From sequence record SRR22947727_5184: a stretch of DNA of 40,775 nucleotides; one strand, written 5' to 3'. Both the position numbers and the translations under genes were made by a program. Positions 19,336-28,292 of this stretch are shown here, piece after piece. How positions within the stretch are numbered: the stretch's first letter is position 1; each line of letters begins with the position of its first letter. Below the pieces are notes generated by a model that had not been told where the DNA came from, searched no databases, and worked only from the letters and a program-made list of their open reading frames with translations.

Positions 19336-20984
19336 TCTGCATTCTCCGATTGGGCGGCTGACTTGCCGGCGATATAGCCAAAGGTGAGGGTTGGGCCTAA
19401 CGTGCCACCAGCGCCAGCATAAACGCTACCCGTTGGATTACTGATCACATTGCCCGCACCGTAAAGTCCCGGTATCACCTCGCCGTGGACATCTAGTACT
19501 TGCGCTGTGCCATTGGTTTTGGCGCCACCATTGGTGCCCAGTGCGCCCATATTGATTTCCACCGCGTAAAAAGGCCCGACTTCTACGGGTCCCAAGGTGG
19601 CGGCAGCACCGGGCCGCGAGCGGTCGCCATAGAAGCGGTCGTAGGCACTTTCACCGCGCCCAAAATCGGGGTCCTTGGCATCTGCCGCGTGGGTGTTAAA
19701 TGCGGACACCGTTGCGTCTAGCTGCTCCGCATCCACTCCCAAGGTACTCGCCAGGCTTGGCAGGTCTGCCCCTTGAATAATCCAGCCCGGCAAGGGATCT
19801 CCAGGCATCACAGAGGCAATGGGATACCGGCCAACGTATTGGCTGTCCATGATGAGATAGGCGGGCAGGTTGTGATAATCGTAGGTGGCTGGGTCAAAAC
19901 TCTGAAACGCACCGGCGAGCGCAGAGTAGTTGTTGGCTTCGTTGCAGAATCGTTTGCCCTGTCGATTTACCATCAGGCTGTGTGGCAAGGTCCGTTCGAT
20001 CAGCACCGGTAGCGACCGTTGCACTTCTTTTTGCGGGGCACCATTTTCTGGCCATTTATGTCCGCTCATAGACAATGTGGGGATCCACCAGGCGCTGGTC
20101 ATATTGCCCAATCCTGCTCCTGCACTCAGGGCCATTTTTAGCCCATCACCGGTGTTAGTCGGTGGTGATGCGGGTGCCGTTAGCGGGCCACGCATAAAGG
20201 TGGTTTTTAACGCTTCATCCCATTCAAAACCACCGGTCGCCAAAACGACTCCTCTCTTGGCGTTGATGGTTTGGTCGACGCCATCCTTTGTTACTCTGAC
20301 GCCGGTGACGCGACCCTCTGTATTGACTAACTCTCTGGCGCTGGTTTCAAGCAGCAGCTCAATGTCGCGATCTAGGCAAGCTTTCAGCAAACGTCCGATT
20401 AACGCCTGACCCCAACCCCGCAAATCGCCGTCAATACGACGTTGCATTTCTTCTGGCTCGACGATGCCGGTGCCGCCGCCTAAGGGCGTTTCAAGGAGCA
20501 TCATGCGCACTATGTCGCCACCGTTGTATATTTTGTCAGCCCAATCACCTAGTGTGCTGTAATCAAACAGGGCATTATCGAGGGCTCGTCCTCCGTCGGC
20601 AATTGCGCCGGGGCGATCGAGGTAATAGTCGGGATAGCCCTCTAGGATGTGTAACTCAAGAGCGCCCTGTTCATTTAAGAATTCAAGCGCGTTGCTCCCT
20701 TCGTCGACAAAGGCTTCCAACGTGTCAGCGCTCATTTCGCCATGATCTAAAGACCGAAAGTAAGCGAGCGCATCTTCTCGATTGTCGGCAATGCCTTTGG
20801 CTTTCATCTGTGGATTATTTGGCACCCAAACAATGCCCCCCGAAATGGCCGCGGTGCCACCGAGTCGCGGCCCTTTTTCGATGACGGTGACTGTTGCGCC
20901 GCATTGGTGAGCCGTCAAAGCCGCGGTTAAGCCCGCAGCCCCGGCTCCGATGATCAGCACATCTGTATTGAGAGGGTTTGTCAT
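19332..20984 (-). CDS. FAD-dependent oxidoreductase, 3-ketosteroid delta-1-dehydrogenase (KstD)-like family
   Basis: GAGAAG, GGTAAISGG, YPDY, LATGGFE, RFCNEANNY and YAGAGGTLG; start 20984 with GGGAGA upstream. Confidence 0.85.
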   Translation of the reverse strand: MTNPLNTDVLIIGAGAAGLTAALTAHQCGATVTVIEKGPRLGGTAAISGGIVWVPNNPQMKAKGIADNREDALAYFRSLDHGEMSADTLEAFVDEGSNALEFLNEQGALELHILEGYPDYYLDRPGAIADGGRALDNALFDYSTLGDWADKIYNGGDIVRMMLLETPLGGGTGIVEPEEMQRRIDGDLRGWGQALIGRLLKACLDRDIELLLETSARELVNTEGRVTGVRVTKDGVDQTINAKRGVVLATGGFEWDEALKTTFMRGPLTAPASPPTNTGDGLKMALSAGAGLGNMTSAWWIPTLSMSGHKWPENGAPQKEVQRSLPVLIERTLPHSLMVNRQGKRFCNEANNYSALAGAFQSFDPATYDYHNLPAYLIMDSQYVGRYPIASVMPGDPLPGWIIQGADLPSLASTLGVDAEQLDATVSAFNTHAADAKDPDFGRGESAYDRFYGDRSRPGAAATLGPVEVGPFYAVEINMGALGTNGGAKTNGTAQVLDVHGEVIPGLYGAGNVISNPTGSVYAGAGGTLGPTLTFGYIAGKSAAQSENAE

Positions 20985-21169
20985 GATGTCAGCGTTCTCC
21001 CGTGTCTGGTAAATGGTGCCTAAGCGGATTGAGCCGCTGGAATGGTATATTTTTTTCGTATCGCGTTGTAAAAAGATGTCAATATCTTCTGCATTTTGGG
21101 TCATCTCCAGAGTTCTTGGTCAACTGCTACAGATTGAGTCTCCTTGAAGGGAGTAACACGACGCTGCCA

Positions 21170-21362
21170 GCAATACGAAAAAGGCCAGGCAGGCACTATC
21201 AGTGTCTTTTGGCGCCGATGAGCTAGGATGAGGTCGATGACGTTCTGCTCCTCAATGCGGGCGATCATTGCGGCAGAGCTTTGCGGCACCCTTCGAATAG
21301 CGAGCCATCGTCAGATGCTCTAGCAATTTATAAAATCTATAAAAATGTTGGGCCCAGTGGGT
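21170..21362 (-). pseudogene. Probable degraded C-terminal fragment of an IS91-family transposase
   Basis: WAQ followed, after a frameshift, by MIARIEEQNVIDLILAHRRQK, resembling the recalled IS91/ISCR C-terminus WAQRLKRVF...VIA.IED..VI..IL.HL. Confidence 0.5.
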
Positions 21363-21373
21363 GAGCGGAGGTT

Positions 21374-22666
21374 TTAAGAGGCGTCTGTTGGCGTAAAGGG
21401 TTGATCCGCGCGAATAAATAGCCACAAGATCGCGCCCACAAAGGCGACCACTGTTCCAGTTGAAAGTGCGGCTACCCAGCCAATGTGCGCCGCAAGATAC
21501 GGCATTGAGGGTGCGACCACGATGCCTGCGAGGTTTCCCCCGGTATTCATCACGCCACATGCCGGCGCAGTGTAGGGTCCGGCGACATAGGTTTGCGCGG
21601 ACCAAAACGATCCCTCGGCAAACTGTGTGCTAGCGAAACAGAGCGATAATAAAAAGACCGCCGTATAGGGTGAGTTGGCATAAAGCCCGGCATAGAGAAA
21701 AATGCCTGCGCCCATTAGACCAATGATCGCCGGGATACGACACCCCAGACGGGGTCCTAAACGTGCACAGAGGGCATCGCAGGTGTATCCGCCAATCGAG
21801 GCCATGACGGCGCCTGAGAGCCAAGGCAATGAAGCCAGAAAGCCTGTTTCAAGAATACTGAATCCGAGCTCGGTGACGAGGTAATGAAAAAACCACGTAA
21901 AGAACAAATAGAAGACGTAGTTTTCAGCAAAATAGGCGCAGGTGAGCAGCAAGGTATTGCGATTTTTAATGAGTTGTTTCCATGCCCCGAAGCCAACGTC
22001 TTGTGTCAGTTGTTGTCGGCTTTTTTGTATGTGGGCAAGCTCAACTGCGGTCATAGAAGGATGGTCAGCAGGCTCGTCAGTGGCATACCACCACCACAGC
22101 ATGAAGAGCGCGAGTCCAAGTGGGATGAACAAGTAAAAAGAGACCCGCCATCCCCAATAAACCATGACCACTGCCACCAATGGTTGCGCAACAGCGGCGC
22201 CCAGCGTCAGACCCGTACTGCTCACCGCGTTGGGGAGTGCCCAATGTCCTACTGGAAACCAGCGTTCTACAACGGCAGCCTGAATGGGGTAAATCGGTGC
22301 ATGAGCCACTCCCACTAAAAATCGTACGATTAATAGCGAGGCAATGATGCCACTGCCGGTTGTGAAAATATGGCCAGGAAGCCAACCCGTCAGAGCCGTT
22401 GTGACGATCCAAATAAGCCCGACACTGGCGAGCGCAAGTCTGGGCCCAAAGCGTTTACCCAATATGCCGCCCGGCAGCTGGCACAGGGCATAGCCCCAGA
22501 TGAAGGCGGCGTAAATCCAACCCATTTGTATTTCGCTGATGCCGAGTTCTGGCATCATGAATTCGCCCGCGACGTGAATGTTTTGTCGCATTAAATAAGA
22601 GAGAAAGCTGAGCAGAAAGAGGATGCTAAATAGCCGCCAACGAGTGGGGATAAGAAGTTTGCTCAC
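21374..22666 (-). CDS. MFS transporter, anion:cation symporter (GudP/DgoT-like) subfamily
   Basis: LSYLMRQN, QLPGG..GKRFGPR, VERWFP and GVMNTGGNLAG. Confidence 0.88.
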   Translation of the reverse strand: MSKLLIPTRWRLFSILFLLSFLSYLMRQNIHVAGEFMMPELGISEIQMGWIYAAFIWGYALCQLPGGILGKRFGPRLALASVGLIWIVTTALTGWLPGHIFTTGSGIIASLLIVRFLVGVAHAPIYPIQAAVVERWFPVGHWALPNAVSSTGLTLGAAVAQPLVAVVMVYWGWRVSFYLFIPLGLALFMLWWWYATDEPADHPSMTAVELAHIQKSRQQLTQDVGFGAWKQLIKNRNTLLLTCAYFAENYVFYLFFTWFFHYLVTELGFSILETGFLASLPWLSGAVMASIGGYTCDALCARLGPRLGCRIPAIIGLMGAGIFLYAGLYANSPYTAVFLLSLCFASTQFAEGSFWSAQTYVAGPYTAPACGVMNTGGNLAGIVVAPSMPYLAAHIGWVAALSTGTVVAFVGAILWLFIRADQPFTPTDAS

Positions 22667-22724
22667 AAAGAAGAGGCCTTAATTAGTGACAATGAATTGA
22701 GCGGTCGCGCGCACGGTATGGCGG

Positions 22725-23825
22725 TCACTCCACCAACTCACTCAATTTGCGGTTGACGTAGTTTCGGATGTCTAAGCTTTCGTCCTCCATCGGGGCATAG
22801 TAACCATGTTGAAAGACCTTGTTCTGCATGCCGCGTTGCACACTCTCGCAAATAGCCCAGTCTTGATGATTAACCTTGTCCCAAAATTGAACGGCATCAG
22901 TGCTGTCAAAATGAGGTGTAGAGAGTTCGTCGGGATGAAACAGAAACTCACAGTGAATCAGCGTGCGAGAGGCGCTTTGGGGTAATAAAGTGAAAGCCGC
23001 AACGTGATCCATCGATAGGCTCAACATCAGATTGGGGTAAAAAAGCTCTCCCTTATGATGTGTCTTTTCGCCCTCACTGAGCCCAGGAAAAGGTGATCGA
23101 GTCGTGTTTCCGGAGACGGTAAACGTATTGGCACCAGCGCGATGGGGGACGCCATCATCCCAATTGAGCTCACTGCCACCGCCTTGTTTAAAAGCGGGAA
23201 CAAGTTCACAGAGTTCTGGGTGTATCGGTCCGCAGTGGTAGCACTCGTTGTAGTTCTCAAGGATGACCTTCCAATTAGCGGCAACGTCATAGGTGATCAC
23301 ATCGCCCACCATCAGATCGGCGAGGGGGTAACGTGCTAACCGGTCTACGCCTTCTCCCAGTGCGGCGCTGAGCGGCGTGTCGGTGGCGTCGTCCAGATGG
23401 ATAAAAAGAAAGCCTCCCCATTCAGCCAGTGGGAGGGTGTGTAAGGTGACGCCGGTGGTATCCACGCTCAGGTGGGGCGTTCCGCGCAAACGGCCATCGA
23501 GATGGTAGCTCCAAGCGTGATAAGGACACACAATACTGCGGTTGAATCGCCCCGTTATCGGACCGGGTTGGGTGAGCGGCACTAATTCGGTGCCTCGGTG
23601 ACGACAGACATTATAAAAGGCGGATAAATCGCCCTGCTCGCCGCACACGATTACTATCGATTGGTTCTGCAAGCGCAGGGCAAGGTAATCTCCTGGCTCG
23701 GATAAGGCGCTCGCGCGTCCGATACAGACCCAGCTCTGCTCAAAGATGGCGCGCCATTCTTTTTGGAAAGTGGCGTCATCTAAGTAGCTGTCTCGTGGCA
23801 GCGTTTTTTCAAGCGAGTCGAGCAT
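22725..23825 (-). CDS. Rieske non-heme iron oxygenase alpha subunit (betaine/stachydrine/choline monooxygenase-like group)
   Basis: Rieske ligands CRH...CPYH; mononuclear iron site NWK..ENYNECYHC..IH with a distal QD. Confidence 0.92.
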   Translation of the reverse strand: MLDSLEKTLPRDSYLDDATFQKEWRAIFEQSWVCIGRASALSEPGDYLALRLQNQSIVIVCGEQGDLSAFYNVCRHRGTELVPLTQPGPITGRFNRSIVCPYHAWSYHLDGRLRGTPHLSVDTTGVTLHTLPLAEWGGFLFIHLDDATDTPLSAALGEGVDRLARYPLADLMVGDVITYDVAANWKVILENYNECYHCGPIHPELCELVPAFKQGGGSELNWDDGVPHRAGANTFTVSGNTTRSPFPGLSEGEKTHHKGELFYPNLMLSLSMDHVAAFTLLPQSASRTLIHCEFLFHPDELSTPHFDSTDAVQFWDKVNHQDWAICESVQRGMQNKVFQHGYYAPMEDESLDIRNYVNRKLSELVE

Positions 23826-23855
23826 CGTACCTCTACTGTATTGTCGTACTCGGAA

Positions 23856-25985
23856 TTACCGTGGAAATACGATTTGGGGCGTTGTGGGCACGATGGGTTC
23901 ATCGCGAAGGTAGCTTGTCTCGTCATCGACCAGTCCGCGCGCAAAGCTATGGCCACTGTGAACAGCGTGCACGATCGCGCCGGGTGCCAAGGCATCGCCC
24001 ACTAAAGAGACAGATGATGCCGTACCGGGGGATTCGGTATTCGTGACTAATGCGTCATAGAGCGCATCGTTAGGGACGCGATACCCCACAATCACGACGC
24101 CATCGACCGCCAATTCGAGGGTGATCTGATTGAATAGATTGGCCACTGTGGCGTGCGTCCCCTCAAAGCTGATCAGGTTAGTGGTGGTATGGATTGCGAC
24201 GCCTTCTCTGGCCAACGCTTGGTAGACGAAAGGCAGTTCATTGGTCATGAATGTCCACGCCGACGCATGGCCCGCGGGGGTCGCATAGGTGACCTGTTTA
24301 CCGCTGATGGCAAGTTGTTCAGCGATCACGCCACCCAAATAATAGTGATCAAAATCGAATACCAGTAAGCGATCGCCGGTAACACGGCCGGCGAAGACAT
24401 CATCCGGTGTAAAGACTTGCGGCTTATTGAGTGGTGCGATCGGAATTTCTAGTGCCGAGTAAAGGCTGCGGGTCCACTGCGCCCCGGTGGCCAAGGCGAT
24501 ATGGTCGGCGCCGAAGCTCTGAATGGCGTCACAGTCTAGGTCGCTATTGGTGAACATCGAGACATTGCCCATCTGAGATAAGGCCCAAACGCGATAGTCC
24601 CGTACGCGCCGCCACGACGCCATGCCCGGTAGCTGGCTTTCTTTGAGCACGCGACCACCCCAATCGTCATCGCGTTCGGCGATGGTGACGTCAAATCCCT
24701 GTCGCGCCGCAACCAAGGCAGCCTCTAGCCCGCTGGGACCGCCGCCGACGACCAGCACGCTGCTGGGCTTGTCGGTTTTGGTAAATTTTTCTGGATGCCA
24801 TCCACGGCGCCACTCCTCACCGGCAGTCGCATTTTGCGTGCAGCGCACCGGCACGCCGTCGTGCCAGCTGGCAATGCAAATGTTGCAGCCGATGCACTCT
24901 CGAATATCGTCACTGCGGCCTTCTCTAATTTTGGTCGGTAAAAAGGGGTCGGCAATGCCAGCGCGCGCGCCACCGATGAAATCCAGTACGCCGCGGCGAA
25001 TCTGCGAAACCATCGTGTCGGGGGAGGTGAAGCGCCCCACGCCCACGACGGGGCGATCGGTCACAGTTTTGACAAAGTCGATGATGGGTTCGTGCGCACC
25101 TTCGGGGCGAAAGCGCGAGGCGCCACAGTCGTGGGGACTTGAATCCATTTTGACGTCCCATAAGTCGGGCACATCAGACAATAGTGAGACCACGCCATGC
25201 GCCTCGCTTTCATAGTGCTCAGCAGGCTTGGCACGGAGTTCTTCCAGGCTGATTCTCAGCGCGACGGCGGCGTGACTGCCGGCTTCATCACGGGTCACCT
25301 CTAACATTTCGCGAACGAAACGGACGCGATTTTCGAGTGGCCCACCATAGCCATCATCACGAAAGTTGTATTCGGGTAACAGAAACTCATAACCGAGATA
25401 TCCCATGCCCGCGTACACATACAGAATATCGAAGCCCGCATTTAATGCGCGTCGCGTCGCCAAGCGCTGCCAATGGAGCACGTCATCGATGTCGGAGGGG
25501 GTCATTTTTTTAGGGCGCAATTGACCCATGAAACCAATATGGGTGGCCGCCCACGGAATGCCAGAAGGAGAGAGTGGGGGCAGTCGAGAAGTGCGATTCA
25601 TCACCACAGCACCGCCATGCCAGAGTTCGACGGCGGCGAGACTGCCATGACGATGAATCGCCTCGGTAGAGAGCGCATGAGAGGCAATATCAGCGTCGCT
25701 CCAGAGTTTGGCAAAAGGCAGTGGAGAGTCATCGGAGCTGGGGTGGATCGAGACGGCCCCGGTGCTCACCACGCCCCAGCCACCTTCGGCCTTGGTCTCG
25801 CGAAAAGCGGCTCGCACGCGCGGATTGGCTTCGGTCATACCGCTGGCGTGGGGCACTTGATAAAAGCGATTGGGCGCCGTCACTGGACCAATTTGTATCG
25901 GTTCAAACAGGACCTGATGACTGGGGTGGCAAGCACTCAGATCATGATGCTGATCAAGCGTACTGGCGATGGCTGATTGACTCAT
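23856..25985 (-). CDS. Trimethylamine/histamine dehydrogenase-like flavoprotein (OYE barrel, 4Fe-4S, nucleotide-binding domain)
   Basis: LFEPIQIGP..NRFYQVPH, KAEGGW, CIGCNIC...CTQNATAGEEWRRGWHPE and GGGPSG; start 25985 avoids overlap with the MFS gene. Confidence 0.9.
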   Translation of the reverse strand: MSQSAIASTLDQHHDLSACHPSHQVLFEPIQIGPVTAPNRFYQVPHASGMTEANPRVRAAFRETKAEGGWGVVSTGAVSIHPSSDDSPLPFAKLWSDADIASHALSTEAIHRHGSLAAVELWHGGAVVMNRTSRLPPLSPSGIPWAATHIGFMGQLRPKKMTPSDIDDVLHWQRLATRRALNAGFDILYVYAGMGYLGYEFLLPEYNFRDDGYGGPLENRVRFVREMLEVTRDEAGSHAAVALRISLEELRAKPAEHYESEAHGVVSLLSDVPDLWDVKMDSSPHDCGASRFRPEGAHEPIIDFVKTVTDRPVVGVGRFTSPDTMVSQIRRGVLDFIGGARAGIADPFLPTKIREGRSDDIRECIGCNICIASWHDGVPVRCTQNATAGEEWRRGWHPEKFTKTDKPSSVLVVGGGPSGLEAALVAARQGFDVTIAERDDDWGGRVLKESQLPGMASWRRVRDYRVWALSQMGNVSMFTNSDLDCDAIQSFGADHIALATGAQWTRSLYSALEIPIAPLNKPQVFTPDDVFAGRVTGDRLLVFDFDHYYLGGVIAEQLAISGKQVTYATPAGHASAWTFMTNELPFVYQALAREGVAIHTTTNLISFEGTHATVANLFNQITLELAVDGVVIVGYRVPNDALYDALVTNTESPGTASSVSLVGDALAPGAIVHAVHSGHSFARGLVDDETSYLRDEPIVPTTPQIVFPR

Positions 25986-25996
25986 AACAGGCGCCT

Positions 25997-27277
25997 TTAT
26001 CGAGCAGAGGATGAGATCACGGACCCCATCAAAGTGAGGGCAATCGCCGCGAGCGCGCAACAACCGCCATACATCCAGAATACGCCATCATAGCTGCCAG
26101 TGGTGTCACTAATATAACCCGCGAGGGGGGCGCTGGTAGCGGTGATGGGAATGTGAAGTGGGTTCATCACCCCGAGCGCGCGACCCACACTCCCTGAGCC
26201 AAAAGTTCGGGCGGGCATGCTGGTCCATAGCGGCACTACCCCACCGTAACCAATACCCAATACAAAAGCACCGGCAAGGAGCCCCGGGTAGCTTTGCCAC
26301 AAAAATAAAATGAGCAAGCCGCTGCTGAGAAAGGCGCAGATTAAATAACCACAAGACTGAATGCCCAGTCGATCCATGAAGTATCCGGCAAGCGCCTTTC
26401 CGCAAAAGGAGCACGCGGCAATTAGCGTGTAGAGTAATGCCGTAGCTTGGCCAGTGACGCCGAGATCCTTAGCATGCAGACTCAAATTTGCCAGCATACC
26501 CAGTGTGACCGCAAGCAGTGAGCCCGACGCAATCATTTGAAGCCAAAATAATCGGCTCTTCAGCAGATCCGGGATTTTCCATTCGGTGGCCTCTGCGCTA
26601 GGCACAGTGTTGAGCGTTGTTTCCTGATCGGGCTCCCCTGAAAGGCCAAGATCATGAGGGTGGTTGCGCAGTAAAAAGTAGAAGACGGGCATGAAAGCAA
26701 AGCATATAAAGCCTGCTACGATCAATGCGGTGCGCCAGTCCCATTCAAGAAACATCCAGGTCATTAGCGGCGGCATGAGAAAGCCGCCGATGGAGCTACC
26801 GGTCGCGGCGAGCCCAAGAGCTAGCCCGCGACGGCGAATGAACCAGCGACTGATTACTGCTGCGCCCGGGATGGCACCAATCAAGAGCACTCCCAAAGGA
26901 ATGAGACTTGCCCAAACTGTCCAAACATGTAGGAGGGTGCCCGCTTGGCTAAGGACGATCAGGCCGAGGCCCATAGCGGTCAGTCCGATCATCATCAGGT
27001 GTCTGACCGACCAGCGATCGATAAGAATGCCGGCGATGGGAGAGAGTAAATTCGTGGAGACCGTCAGGCAGGTCTCGATGAGGTTAATTTGCGCGCGGGG
27101 CGCACCAAAAACATCCTCAAAGGCAGCGGTATAGAGACCCATGCTCCAAAATACAAAACCACCTTGTAACATCTGCCCGGAGCCAGCCGCCAAGACAATC
27201 CACCACCCTGGGTAAACCGTTTGGTCGGCGGGTGCCGGTGAGGCGTTGCCCTGATGGTGTGCGTTGTGACGGGTCAT
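25997..27277 (-). CDS. MFS transporter (MCT/OFA-like)
   Basis: YPGWWIV, GILIDRWSVR and SRWFIRRRGLALG; start uncertain (27277 or 27322). Confidence 0.85.
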   Translation of the reverse strand: MTRHNAHHQGNASPAPADQTVYPGWWIVLAAGSGQMLQGGFVFWSMGLYTAAFEDVFGAPRAQINLIETCLTVSTNLLSPIAGILIDRWSVRHLMMIGLTAMGLGLIVLSQAGTLLHVWTVWASLIPLGVLLIGAIPGAAVISRWFIRRRGLALGLAATGSSIGGFLMPPLMTWMFLEWDWRTALIVAGFICFAFMPVFYFLLRNHPHDLGLSGEPDQETTLNTVPSAEATEWKIPDLLKSRLFWLQMIASGSLLAVTLGMLANLSLHAKDLGVTGQATALLYTLIAACSFCGKALAGYFMDRLGIQSCGYLICAFLSSGLLILFLWQSYPGLLAGAFVLGIGYGGVVPLWTSMPARTFGSGSVGRALGVMNPLHIPITATSAPLAGYISDTTGSYDGVFWMYGGCCALAAIALTLMGSVISSSAR

Positions 27278-27374
27278 CGTGTCTGTCGCAGGCTCTTGGA
27301 TAGCAGCATTACCTGTCACCATAGGCGCTTTGTGGCACCATGGTAAAGCGATTCAAACGATGATGAGGCCAGCT

Positions 27375-28127
27375 ATGCGTCCCCATAAGACAATCCGAGG
27401 GCATCTCCACTATACCAGTCGCAAACCAGGGCGTGAGGGAGTGGAGCGAGGGCGAGAACACTTTGCTATCACCGTGCACGCGGATGGTCGGCGGACATTG
27501 CGCGCCCATTGCGAAATCGATGACGCACCGAATGTACTGAGAGACGTGACGCTCACTAAAAATGCGCAGTGGGACACAACGGATGCCTTTGTGAGGCTCT
27601 CAGTTGGGGATGTTGATACCGGGAGTAGTTGGTTCTGGTTCGGTGAGCAAGGTGCTGATTGCGAGGGCTGGACGGCTGCCCGAGGTCGATTCTCTGAGCA
27701 CGAAGCCTATGATCAACGACCGCTGATATTCGGCACACATCCCATTCAGGGTGATGCGTGGCACCTTGCGGTAATCGATCGTCATCAAGCGTCACCAATA
27801 CAGTTATTTGACCGTTTTCTGATGACCTCACTCGATCATCGGGGCGCTACCGGGCCGTCGTTAATTTGGCATGACGCTGGCATGCGCATTGAGTACGTGG
27901 GTGAGGAGACGATCACGGTGGCTGCCGGTACTTTTGATGCCTGGCATTTTTGTTATGGCCACCGAGACAGCAAGGCGCTTGGATCGAATGACACGAATGA
28001 GCACCCGCCCTATGAGGTTTGGGTGAGCGCGGATGGCGAGTTTATTTTACTCAAGGCACATGTATCAGGCTATATGATGACTCAGTACGAGCTGGCCTCT
28101 CTTGAGGTGCATGCAGGTGGTGATTGA
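27375..28127 (+). CDS. Hypothetical beta-rich protein, divergent from the MFS/TMADH-like operon
   Basis: Long ORF with natural-looking composition, GAGG RBS before ATG 27375, GEETITVAAGTFDAWHF motif as seen in DUF3108-like beta-barrel proteins. Confidence 0.75.
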   Translation: MRPHKTIRGHLHYTSRKPGREGVERGREHFAITVHADGRRTLRAHCEIDDAPNVLRDVTLTKNAQWDTTDAFVRLSVGDVDTGSSWFWFGEQGADCEGWTAARGRFSEHEAYDQRPLIFGTHPIQGDAWHLAVIDRHQASPIQLFDRFLMTSLDHRGATGPSLIWHDAGMRIEYVGEETITVAAGTFDAWHFCYGHRDSKALGSNDTNEHPPYEVWVSADGEFILLKAHVSGYMMTQYELASLEVHAGGD

Positions 28128-28140
28128 TTCGCAGGGCGCT

Positions 28141-28215
28141 GACGCTTAGCGCATTGACTCTCAGCAAATAGACTCTCAGCAAATAGACTCTCAGCGAATC
28201 GACTCTTAGCGAGTT
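28141..28215. repeat. 15-bp tandem repeat (consensus GACTCTCAGCAAATA), 5 copies
   Basis: Units at 28141, 28156, 28171, 28186 and 28201; the units at 28156 and 28171 are identical and the flanking units are degenerate. Confidence 0.9.
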
Positions 28216-28292
28216 GCTCGTAGCGGATTGGTCTATGACGGACCAACCGGTATTGAGGAGTTTGTGATGTCGCCACTGATCGCTGCGGGCGA

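Noticed and set aside
28126-28215. Possible mini-CRISPR array
   Set aside because: The units are contiguous 15-mers with no unique spacers, and there are no cas genes in the window
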